From contig CP070751.1 in NCBI GenBank assembly GCA_020348445.1, positions 5,092,204-5,156,203 on the forward strand: a stretch of DNA of 64,000 bases, given 5' to 3'. Shown here in pieces: positions 54,245 through 63,111 of this stretch (the first letter of the stretch is position 1; each line of letters opens with the position of its first letter). This DNA is from Thermoplasmata archaeon. Lineage in GTDB: Archaea > Thermoplasmatota > Thermoplasmata > GCA-020350865. The translations under genes and the position numbers were made by a program. The notes under the pieces were generated by a model that saw nothing but the letters and a program-made list of their open reading frames with translations, did no database searches and had not been told where the DNA came from.

Positions 54245-55831
54245 TCAATCCTGTGTTAACTTCTTTGTGGACCCCGTGGCAGATAACAGGCTTTGTAGAT
54301 TATCATGGTATTCTCCTGGTCCTGAATTTAATAGTTTAAGTGCTGGTTCCTTTAGAAATTGGGCGAAATCTATCTCGGTTTTGGTGTACTGCCATTTCTT
54401 GCTTGCGCCTTGACCCAGAGCTAGCAAAAACGCGTATGCTACAGATTTTATCCTGGTATCTCCGCCTTTATAATGCTCGATAGCCCTCAGGGAACCCTCC
54501 TTGCCCTGCGTCATGTATATACGGGCGACGTTGTCGGCAAATTTTGCAATGGAAGGCAGGCTCCCGTAATTTGGAAGGGCTGAGATTATATCCCTCTTCT
54601 TCGTAAAGATGCTGGCCTCCCGTAAAATCTGCGAGGGTGAGGATTTTGATAAATCTGCCTTCTCATACAGCTTGGAAGCCGTTTTTTCATCCCCCACAAT
54701 GGCCTTTATGGCATCCAATCCATAGTCCTCCCAAAACATGTTCAAAACCTTGTTGGGAGTTGCTTTTGAAACGATAACTGGAGTTTCCACCTTCTCCAAA
54801 ATCGTTTCAAGCCCAATTCTTTCTGAATCGGTAGGTTTCAGCTCGTTTATGAATGCTTCCACATCCTCTCCATAACAATCGTTGTCCAAAACAAAAAGTT
54901 TCTCATCTTTTGATTTGAGATGCTCCTCGAAATCCTCCATATGCTTCTGAATGAGTTCATAATCTGAAAGAATCCCGGTGGTATATCCCTTCATCCTTTC
55001 CTCCTTTATATCAAGATGCCTTTCTATATTACAGGATTCACAATCAATCTTGCATTTCAAGGCCGTTATTATCTTGACTTCAAAATCCTCCTCGGGCTTT
55101 GGTACGGCCATATTCTGGATTATGGAGGCCACGATATTGCTCTTTTTAGAGGCACATTTTCCGCATACAGCAATATCAGTTTCTGCAGATTTCCAATGCA
55201 CCAGTATGTAGGAATTTAGATCCGCTTTCTCCTCCTTTACTTCCTTTTTTGAAACATGCTCACATAAACAGATTTTACCCTCTTTTCCAATGGGGTATTT
55301 AATTGAATCGATCATCTCCTTCACAAAATAAGAAGGGGGATTTGGCTCCTTTCCCATACATATCATGCCCTTTTTCGTGGAATAGATGTGCAGACCTCTT
55401 TTCGTTGCCAGGTCCAGAACAGAAAGAAGTTTCCATTTGGGCTTATCGTAATTCTGCACGCCAATTAGCTTCTCTTTTTTGACCTTTCCCCTCATGGCAT
55501 AGGCGATCTCTCCAAAGGGCGTGCGGAACACCGCCAGATATGGTGCCTTCTCCGAATGTGTCAAAAGGAGAGTGGCTGCATAAGCCCTGGCGAGCTGATC
55601 TCCGCTTTTAGCCAATCTTGTCAGTTTCTTCTCGTCATCGGCAAGAAGTTGAACCCTTTTTACCTGCCTACGTATCCTATCGAAGGTGCATCTCCCCTCA
55701 TGTTCACATTTTGGAATCACCAAATCTGGATTCTTCTTGATCTTCTTTGCCTTTGAAATTAGCTCCTTCTCCTGGACTTTGGAGGCGGTCCTTGCCCCTG
55801 TCCTGATTTTCAACCTCTTCTGTTTTGCCAT
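54245..55831 (-). CDS. Hypothetical protein (528 aa) with Cys clusters and a basic N-terminus
   Basis: Long ORF with CEHEGRC, CLCEH, CGKC and CKIDCESC. It resembles a conserved Thermoplasmata hypothetical (recollection, unverified). Confidence 0.8.
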   Translation of the reverse strand: MAKQKRLKIRTGARTASKVQEKELISKAKKIKKNPDLVIPKCEHEGRCTFDRIRRQVKRVQLLADDEKKLTRLAKSGDQLARAYAATLLLTHSEKAPYLAVFRTPFGEIAYAMRGKVKKEKLIGVQNYDKPKWKLLSVLDLATKRGLHIYSTKKGMICMGKEPNPPSYFVKEMIDSIKYPIGKEGKICLCEHVSKKEVKEEKADLNSYILVHWKSAETDIAVCGKCASKKSNIVASIIQNMAVPKPEEDFEVKIITALKCKIDCESCNIERHLDIKEERMKGYTTGILSDYELIQKHMEDFEEHLKSKDEKLFVLDNDCYGEDVEAFINELKPTDSERIGLETILEKVETPVIVSKATPNKVLNMFWEDYGLDAIKAIVGDEKTASKLYEKADLSKSSPSQILREASIFTKKRDIISALPNYGSLPSIAKFADNVARIYMTQGKEGSLRAIEHYKGGDTRIKSVAYAFLLALGQGASKKWQYTKTEIDFAQFLKEPALKLLNSGPGEYHDNLQSLLSATGSTKKLTQD

Positions 55832-56080
55832 GAAATCGGGGAGTATAATGGGGTGTGATTAAAAATAACTTTTGATTTTTTAGTGTAGTAATATCACGCT
55901 CCATTGGGTCATCTTCATGATTATCTGGTATTTATTTGAATTCACCAAAAAATATATAAACATCTGAATTTAATGTTTTTAATAGGGTTTTGCCATGAAA
56001 ATAGTTAAATACAACAAATACAATCGGTGCAGACAAGTTATGCTAGAGTTACAGAGAACAGTGATTAGGGGGACCGGGCG

Positions 56081-57787
56081 TTGACTCGTTTCGTAGATTA
56101 TTTAAAATCATATTACAGGGTTTGTCGTTTGGAGTATTTACCAGGTGAAGTTCCAGCCATATTTACGGTGCTATTTCTTGGTTCTGTGTCGATATCAAGA
56201 TTTTTTGAACTGCCAGTTGTAGAGGCACTTGTGGCGTTTGTTCTCCTTTACCTCTCTGGATTTATAATAAACGCCCTGGCAGACAAGGAGATCGATAAAA
56301 AATACGATACCTTCAAAACCAGCATACCAAAATCTGTGGAGTTGCTTGGCGAGAAAACCCTCTGGGCCATGATTATCGGCCATGTTGTGGTTGCCATAGT
56401 ACTGGCCTTTCATATTTCAATTATGATGAGCAGCATCTGGCCTATTGCACTGGTTTTGATAGGCGTCTTCTTTGGCCTTGGATACTCTGTTCGGCCCTTT
56501 CATTTCAAGGTCAGGGGTGTTTGGCATGCCATAGCCTTGGGCTCTTCGGCTTTCTTCCTACCCTTCGTATTTCTCATGTTCGTTGTCGCAGAGGGGATCA
56601 CAATCCCCCTCTTCATTTTCATAATAGGCTTTTGCTTTATTCACTATGGAATGGAATTCGGCAACCAGGCCATTGATTATGTGGAGGACAAGGCCTCCAA
56701 CGTACAGACACCACCTGTGAGATGGGGCATGATTCCCTCCATCCAGATCGCCTTATTCTGCGTTGTCATAGGAATAGTGGTAGAGGCATCAAGTCTATAC
56801 TTCATCCTCCTTGCCAAGGGGAGCTTCACATTTGTGCATCCGTTTTTAACAACCGAGGTAGTTTATGCGGGACTTTTGGCGATAATTGCAGCTGGCTACT
56901 ACATACCCACAAAGGGACTATGGCGGATGTTGACAACATTGAAAGAGTCCGAGACTGTGGAGAAGGGAATGCCAACCCTTAAGAGGATATGCAATTATGC
57001 AAAGTGGCAGACCAGCGGTATCCTTGGTGTCACTGTTGTTAGCGCAATTCTATTTTTAGGTGTGGTTTTGGGACCTGTTAGCACGCTCTCTCCGGAGGAC
57101 ACTGGGGGTCCAGACATTATTGAAGGTAATCTGAAAATCGCCTCTAACCCTGAGGTGGAGTTCTTCGAGGATAATGAGGGTTGGCATGCCAATGTCAACA
57201 TTTCTGTGCTCAACGATGATAATCTTAGAGAGAAGAGGACCCTTATGATCGAAGTAGAATCCTGGTTAGCGAATATCCCTAGGTGGGCGGAATGGAAGAT
57301 TTTGGAAGAGGATCTGATGCCAAATCAATATTGGAATGTTAGTATAACGATAAAGGCACACGAGGAGGATGACACAACTTTAAAAATATATATCAAACAA
57401 TATAATAACAATATTAAGGATTTCGTGCAGGTGGGCAATCCATGGGTTGTGCCAAGTCAGAAGGACCTATATATCTATGATGCTTACGCCAAAGAATTTG
57501 AAGATACACTTCACAATAAAAAGGCCAATGTTACTGTAACAGTGTTTAATCATGGAGATATGAGATCCATAGGCAGCCTGAAAGTGGAGGTATGGTATTA
57601 TTACCTAGGGTATTCAAGTTATGGAAGTAAAGAAAATGAGTACGCTATTGGTTCAAATAAGAATTGGCAACCCACAATCACGTTAAATGCCCTCCAATTA
57701 GATGATATCAACAAGCCATTCTTTGTAGTATACCTTATCTATAATGAGGCTTACGTAGATGAATATAAATTCTCCGGCTATGACTAG
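56081..57787 (+). CDS. UbiA-family prenyltransferase fused to C-terminal soluble Ig/CARDB-like domains
   Basis: First Asp-rich motif NALADKEID and second NQAIDYVED, about 8-9 TM segments, then ~230 aa with two ANV.(I/V)SV.N..D.R beta units. Confidence 0.82.
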   Translation: MTRFVDYLKSYYRVCRLEYLPGEVPAIFTVLFLGSVSISRFFELPVVEALVAFVLLYLSGFIINALADKEIDKKYDTFKTSIPKSVELLGEKTLWAMIIGHVVVAIVLAFHISIMMSSIWPIALVLIGVFFGLGYSVRPFHFKVRGVWHAIALGSSAFFLPFVFLMFVVAEGITIPLFIFIIGFCFIHYGMEFGNQAIDYVEDKASNVQTPPVRWGMIPSIQIALFCVVIGIVVEASSLYFILLAKGSFTFVHPFLTTEVVYAGLLAIIAAGYYIPTKGLWRMLTTLKESETVEKGMPTLKRICNYAKWQTSGILGVTVVSAILFLGVVLGPVSTLSPEDTGGPDIIEGNLKIASNPEVEFFEDNEGWHANVNISVLNDDNLREKRTLMIEVESWLANIPRWAEWKILEEDLMPNQYWNVSITIKAHEEDDTTLKIYIKQYNNNIKDFVQVGNPWVVPSQKDLYIYDAYAKEFEDTLHNKKANVTVTVFNHGDMRSIGSLKVEVWYYYLGYSSYGSKENEYAIGSNKNWQPTITLNALQLDDINKPFFVVYLIYNEAYVDEYKFSGYD

Positions 57788-57844
57788 GAAATTAAATAAT
57801 GTGATTCACCGTAGGTCCAAAATATCTGGTTTACACTATATTTC

Positions 57845-58342
57845 TTGAATTATAGGTCAATAACGGAGCTGAAAAGCATGAGCTCAAAATTCGAACTGCT
57901 TCCTCTTGTGGATATGGACGGGATCCTCACAGAGGATGAGAGACGGCGCATAATCAAGAGACTGCACTCCATGCTCTCATGGGTGGGAAGCTCGATCCCT
58001 GAATTTGAGGTGATTGACGGGATAACAATTGACCTCAGAAAAGCCATAACTGAGCTTATCTTAAAACCCGAGCTTACAAAAGAGGATATCGTATTGGCAA
58101 GAAATCTGGCAAAAGGCATCGGTGCAAGGGAGCATTACTTGGAAGAAACCATAATTCACGGTGATATCACAGAGGAAGAGGCCCTTGCACTGCTTGAGGA
58201 AGCAAGGGGACTTCTTCGGGCCATAGAGGAGCTCGAGAATATCGAGGATAGAGGGGAAGCAAACCAGGTAAAGGAGACCATTTTAAGCAAGGTGGACGAT
58301 GAGAAAAGGTGGAAACAATTTCTAAATAGGATAAAGGAATAG
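57845..58342 (+). CDS. Conserved archaeal helical protein (DUF5788-like); true start probably ATG 57878
   Basis: ERRRIIKRL...WVGSSIPE...IDLR pattern recalled from the DUF5788 family. Confidence 0.65.
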   Translation: MNYRSITELKSMSSKFELLPLVDMDGILTEDERRRIIKRLHSMLSWVGSSIPEFEVIDGITIDLRKAITELILKPELTKEDIVLARNLAKGIGAREHYLEETIIHGDITEEEALALLEEARGLLRAIEELENIEDRGEANQVKETILSKVDDEKRWKQFLNRIKE

Positions 58343-58371
58343 GGGTAAATGCTTGCGGGGCGAGAATTGAT

Positions 58372-59067
58372 ATGGTAGCAACTTCCAAGAAATCAAGAAA
58401 AGAGGAGTATATTTCTGATGCCAATCTGCAAGCCAAATCTCGCAATTGGCTTTCTGATATCAGATATTATTCATATGGTATCGACGATTGGAAGTACGTT
58501 CCAACATCCTCGGCATTAATTGTTATGGATATGCAAAAGTTCTTCTTATCAGAGGAATCACATGCTTTCATCCCGGCATCAAAAGCCATTATCCCAAATG
58601 TCAGGGACCTTATAGCATCTTTCAGAAATCGCGACCTTCCTGTCATTTTTACCCGGCATTCATTAAAGAAGAATGAAGAGCCGGGCATCATGGGAAGATG
58701 GTGGGCCGATGTGATCAGGGAAGACTCCGAGCTCTCCAATATCACCAACTTGCTGACACCTCTTGATTCGGAGATCGTCATCAGAAAGACGAGGTACAGC
58801 GCATTTTTCGGAACAGAGCTTGAGAAAGTTCTAAAAAGGGAGAAAGTAGAGAATATCGTTGTGACTGGTGTGATGACCCATCTTTGCTGCGAAACAACGG
58901 CCCGGGAGGCGTTCATGAAGGACTTCGAGGTGTTCTTTGTTGTGGACGCAACAGCCACGCAGAATGAAGAACTGCATCTCTCCACATTGAGGACGCTTTC
59001 TGATGGTTTTGCAGTTCCTGTCACGACCAAGGAGATATTAAAAGAAATAGAGGAGGGGAAAACATGA
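58372..59067 (+). CDS. Isochorismatase-family cysteine hydrolase
   Basis: Asp-Lys-Cys triad motifs LIVMDMQ, IRKTRYSAF and GVMTHLCCETTAR. Confidence 0.92.
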   Translation: MVATSKKSRKEEYISDANLQAKSRNWLSDIRYYSYGIDDWKYVPTSSALIVMDMQKFFLSEESHAFIPASKAIIPNVRDLIASFRNRDLPVIFTRHSLKKNEEPGIMGRWWADVIREDSELSNITNLLTPLDSEIVIRKTRYSAFFGTELEKVLKREKVENIVVTGVMTHLCCETTAREAFMKDFEVFFVVDATATQNEELHLSTLRTLSDGFAVPVTTKEILKEIEEGKT

Positions 59068-59960
59068 ATGACAATGTGATAATAGGGGCAGGCCCTGCTG
59101 GAATTGCCTCTGCTATATATCTGAAGAGGGCTGGATTTGATCCTATAGTATTGGAAAAGGGAGAGGTGGGCGGACTGCTTTTGAATGCCAACCTTGTGGA
59201 AAACTACCCTGGATTTCCTGAAGGAATTTGTGGGAGAGCTCTGGTAGGGGTGTTTAGGAAACAGCTTGCTCGCCTGGGAATAGAGGTGCAAGCCAAGGAG
59301 GTATCGAGCATTTCATTAAAAGACGGACTATTTGCTCTTGATGTTGATGATGATGAAATCATATCCCGCTCATTAATAGTTGCCACTGGTACGAAACCAA
59401 AATGCCTTGGTATCCAGGGTGAATCCACTCTGTTGGGAAAGAAACTATTTTATGAAATAAAGGATATTCCCGCGCTCTCATGGGAAGGCACTATTGCCAT
59501 CATCGGAGCAGGGGATGCGGCATTTGACTACGCCTTGAACCTTGCAGATGATGTGTCGCAGGTGGATATAATCATGAGAAACGATAGGCCCAAATGCCTT
59601 TCTTTGCTTTGGGAGCGGGTGAAAGAAAGCGATAATATACAGACCCATCCAAAAACAGTTCCCATTGCGTTCGAAGAGGGGGATGGAATTATCACAAAAT
59701 GCACAACCGAGGATAAGGAGATCTCATTTAGCTCAGAATACACCCTCATCGCCTGTGGAAGAGAGCCTAATCTTGATATATTTCCCAAAGATGTTGTTAA
59801 AACCTTGATCATAGAGGAGGATGGAGGAACCAATATACCAGGTCTCTTTATTGCCGGGGATGTGAGAAGGGGACGCAGAAGGCAGGCTGGAATCGCGGTG
59901 GGTGACGGCATCTTGTGTGCCATGTCGGCGATGGATTATCTAAAAGGAGAGGAGCCCTAA
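59064..59960 (+). CDS. FAD/NAD(P)-dependent oxidoreductase, thioredoxin reductase-like fold, lacking the CxxC
   Basis: IIGAGPAG, VENYPGF, IVATG, IIGAGDAA and GLFIAGD; no CxxC in the expected segment. Confidence 0.9.
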   Translation: MNDNVIIGAGPAGIASAIYLKRAGFDPIVLEKGEVGGLLLNANLVENYPGFPEGICGRALVGVFRKQLARLGIEVQAKEVSSISLKDGLFALDVDDDEIISRSLIVATGTKPKCLGIQGESTLLGKKLFYEIKDIPALSWEGTIAIIGAGDAAFDYALNLADDVSQVDIIMRNDRPKCLSLLWERVKESDNIQTHPKTVPIAFEEGDGIITKCTTEDKEISFSSEYTLIACGREPNLDIFPKDVVKTLIIEEDGGTNIPGLFIAGDVRRGRRRQAGIAVGDGILCAMSAMDYLKGEEP

Positions 59961-60919
59961 TGAGGATCCTGGATGTCTTTGGAAAGGAGGATCTGGCAAA
60001 GGTATATGTTGCTTCTATGCGGGATAATGATAAATACATGGTCGAGTTCGTGGAATCCACCCAACCTCCGATTCCCAGGGACAAAAAATGGGTTTTAATC
60101 GTGTCTTCGCTCTTCGGCTGCCCTGTTGGCTGCAGGATGTGCGATGCGGGAGGTAAGTTCTTTGGGAAGCTCAAAACAGACGAAATATTGCAGCAGATCG
60201 ATTATCTCGTGAAGAAAAGATATCCCGATGGTAAAATTCCTGTTCCCAAATTCAAAATCCAGTTCGCGAGAATGGGAGAGCCCTCCATGAATCCCAATGT
60301 TCTTGATGCCCTTGCAAGGCTACCTGAGGTTTATGATGCACCAGGACTTCTTCCATCTCTTTCCACAGTTGCACCTGCAAACGGTAAAGATTTCTTTGAG
60401 GGATTGATCAAAATCAAGGACAAGTACTACTCGAACGGAAGGTTTCAATTGCAGTTCTCTATACACTCCACCAACTCCGCTTCTAGGGATGAGCTCATCC
60501 CCATTAAGAAATGGAGCTTCGAGGAAATCGCAGAATACGGGGCAAGGTTCCACAAGGATGGGGACAAGAAGATAACACTCAATTTCGCCACAGCCAAAGG
60601 TTACGAGGTAGACCCTGAGAATGTGCGGGAGTATTTTGATCCTAATCTGTTTTTAATAAAACTGACCCCCTTAAATCCAACTGTGAGGGTCAAGGAGAGT
60701 AGACTCGAGTCCGCAATCGATCCCTATGATTCCAACTCAGCAGCCAAGATCGTGGAGGATTTCAAGTCCCATGGTTTTGATGTGATTCTGAGTATCGGTG
60801 AGGTGGAGGAGAACAAGATAGGTTCAAACTGCGGGCAGTACGTGACCCAATACAGAACCACCCAAACATCAATAAAAGAGGGCTATGAAACCCATAAGTA
60901 TCAGATGGGATCAAATTAA
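59915..60919 (+). CDS. RlmN/Cfr-like radical SAM protein; true start probably ATG 59960 (TAATG overlap)
   Basis: VSSLFGCPVGCRMC (CxxxCxxC), RMGEP, FSIHS...RDELIP, KLTPLNP and NCGQ. Confidence 0.9.
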   Translation: MCHVGDGLSKRRGALMRILDVFGKEDLAKVYVASMRDNDKYMVEFVESTQPPIPRDKKWVLIVSSLFGCPVGCRMCDAGGKFFGKLKTDEILQQIDYLVKKRYPDGKIPVPKFKIQFARMGEPSMNPNVLDALARLPEVYDAPGLLPSLSTVAPANGKDFFEGLIKIKDKYYSNGRFQLQFSIHSTNSASRDELIPIKKWSFEEIAEYGARFHKDGDKKITLNFATAKGYEVDPENVREYFDPNLFLIKLTPLNPTVRVKESRLESAIDPYDSNSAAKIVEDFKSHGFDVILSIGEVEENKIGSNCGQYVTQYRTTQTSIKEGYETHKYQMGSN

Positions 60920-60925
60920 ACGGAG

Positions 60926-61462
60926 TTGGGATTTAAGATGGCCTTATATCAATTGGAGGACAGGGTTCCCCAAATCGGGAAGGAAACTTATGTTGCTGAA
61001 TCTGCAGAGGTCATAGGAAAGGTGATCATCGGCAACAATTGTTATATAGGTCATGGGGCAAGAATAAGAGGGGATTACGGAACAATAATAATAGGTGATT
61101 ACTCCATCGTGGAGGACAACTGTGTTCTGCATGCAAGGCCTGATGACATCTGCAAAATAGGAGAGCATGTCACAATTGGCCATGGAGCCATAATTCACAA
61201 TGCCACAATTTACGATTGGGTGGTGGTGGGTATGGGCGCCATCGTTAGCGATTTTGCAGTTGTTGGCGAGTGGGGTGTTGTTGGAGAAGGTGCTGTGGTA
61301 AGAAATAACCAGGAAATTCCCAAAGGCAAGGTGGCTGTTGGAGTTCCGGCGAAGGTCATAGCGGATGTTAAGGACGATTATAAAGAGCTGTGGACGAGGT
61401 ACAAGGGATTGTATAGGGAGCTTGCCAAGAGGAATATCGAGGGTTTGAAGAAGATTGACTGA
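60926..61462 (+). CDS. Gamma-carbonic anhydrase family protein (YrdA/CaiE-like); true start probably ATG 60938
   Basis: Hexapeptide repeats, RGDYG, VEDNCVLH, TIGHGAIIH and GVPAK. Confidence 0.9.
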   Translation: MGFKMALYQLEDRVPQIGKETYVAESAEVIGKVIIGNNCYIGHGARIRGDYGTIIIGDYSIVEDNCVLHARPDDICKIGEHVTIGHGAIIHNATIYDWVVVGMGAIVSDFAVVGEWGVVGEGAVVRNNQEIPKGKVAVGVPAKVIADVKDDYKELWTRYKGLYRELAKRNIEGLKKID

Positions 61463-61586
61463 TTTTTACTTTTATCCCACTGCATACATCTATTTTTCAC
61501 TCCAGTTTTCTTTTGGATTTCTATGATTTGCGATAAATTTAAGTACCAGTAAGGTTTATTTCGACGAGATATGGGGAGGTTCCATT

Positions 61587-62804
61587 ATGAGGAGGGCTTC
61601 GAAGACAAAAATACTCCTGCTTTCAGCGATACTTGTTCTAATCCTTGTAGCAGATCCCTTTTCCTTGAAATCAATATCATTTCTTCAAACAGCTTCTGCG
61701 CCCACAAGGGAATATGAAGATAATATCACCATCCCAGCAAACGACCTCCGAGCCTTGGATTTGGTGTTCGTGGAAGGCGATGAACTGGAGCTTATTTTCT
61801 CGATACAGGTGAAACAAGATCTTCCCGTCGATATCTGGTTTGTGGATTATGCGAATTATGTAAGGCTTGTTGATGGTAACGAGTTTTTATATTTCATTGA
61901 CGGCTCAGGGAAGAACCTTACCAAGGCAACTAAGGTCGTCTCACTTACACAACATGGGACCTATGAACTGGTATTTGTCAATTCTAATGCTGAGGCAGTG
62001 GAGGTCTACCTTACCTACGATATAAATATCTATCCTGTTAAAAGCGACCCACCGCCAATAACCGGTAAAGTCGTGGACGAAGAAGGAGCCCCAATAGAAG
62101 GTGCGATTGTACAATTAATTAACGACAATGACATTACTCTTTTAACTTATACAACCAACTCGACAGGCGATTTTAAATTTTTTAATATATCTGTTGGCAC
62201 CTATAGTCTAATTATATCTGCGGACGGATTCGAAAAGAACAATAAAACATCTGCAACTATTTCATCGGATGCTCCTATAGTAGATCTAGGTAGTATTAAG
62301 CTTGTTGCCATCCCTGAGCCTTCTGAGCCTTCTGAACCTTCTGAGCCGTCTGATGATGAGACTCCGTTTTGGCAATCTTCCATGTTCATGCTCCCTCTTG
62401 GAATTATACTGGGAATTATCATTGGCCTGGTACTCTCTTTTGCGCTGCGTGGATCAAAGGAGGAGCCCAAGGCTGCTGTGCAACCTGCACGGGAAGTGCG
62501 TGTCCGAAAAGCTGTGAAGAAAACACCCAAAGCTCCTGCCAAAGCACCCACAAAGAGGGTAAGGGTCCGCAAGGCCAAGAAAAAAGTACCAGAGGCTACA
62601 AAGGAGGCTTCTGCAGATGAGGTTGAAGAGCCAGAACTTGAGGAGGAAGAAGAGTCGGATGCTTTGAAAGAATCAAAAGCCATGGAAGAAGAAGCTACTG
62701 CACCAAAAAAGGATACTCCTCAACCTAAATTCTGTGGTAACTGCGGATGGCCTGTAGAGACACCTTTTTGTCCTTCTTGCGGGAAAAAGGTTGGGACACC
62801 TTAG
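61587..62804 (+). CDS. Single-pass membrane protein: signal, beta domain, carboxypeptidase-regulatory-like domain, PSE linker, TM, charged tail, C-terminal Zn ribbon
   Basis: ITGKVVDEEGAPIEGAIV...TNSTGDF.F...GTYSL is followed by (PSE)n, a TM and finally FCGNCG...FCPSCG. Confidence 0.82.
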   Translation: MRRASKTKILLLSAILVLILVADPFSLKSISFLQTASAPTREYEDNITIPANDLRALDLVFVEGDELELIFSIQVKQDLPVDIWFVDYANYVRLVDGNEFLYFIDGSGKNLTKATKVVSLTQHGTYELVFVNSNAEAVEVYLTYDINIYPVKSDPPPITGKVVDEEGAPIEGAIVQLINDNDITLLTYTTNSTGDFKFFNISVGTYSLIISADGFEKNNKTSATISSDAPIVDLGSIKLVAIPEPSEPSEPSEPSDDETPFWQSSMFMLPLGIILGIIIGLVLSFALRGSKEEPKAAVQPAREVRVRKAVKKTPKAPAKAPTKRVRVRKAKKKVPEATKEASADEVEEPELEEEEESDALKESKAMEEEATAPKKDTPQPKFCGNCGWPVETPFCPSCGKKVGTP

Positions 62805-62816
62805 GTGCTTCAGTCA

Positions 62817-62927
62817 TTACTTTTTTACTTCGTGCATTACAAATGCATAAACCTTACCATCTTTCAAGCTCTCGAGATACAGGCCATTCTCGTCTTTGAT
62901 CATCCTCCAAAGCTCTTTGCTGTCCTT
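62817..62927 (-). pseudogene. Remnant of a fibre/adhesin-type C-terminal module (KDSKELWRMIKDENGLYLESLKDGKVYAFVMHEVKK*)
   Basis: Resembles a QKDGxxLWRMFEDExGLYLENxKTGKVY motif (recollection). It is preceded by an in-frame TAA at 62928-30 where Gln would be expected, with more stops upstream. Confidence 0.45.
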
Positions 62928-63111
62928 TTAGAAATAGCTGCTGCTGGTTGTGGATACCAAATCTTATCGCTAAGGCAGTACCAGAGGAAATTCCTCCCTG
63001 ATTGGGAATTCCTATAACCAGCCCAAGGCCACCATCATTATCTAGTATTACATGTTTTTTTATGGGCTCAATGTACGAAGTCAAGAATGAATTAGGCCTC
63101 TAACGCTTTCT

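Noticed and set aside
62854-63084. 76-aa ORF on the minus strand as a real gene
   Set aside because: It has a TTG start, no SD and no motif. The protein-like signal in this interval is in a different frame (the pseudogene fragment).
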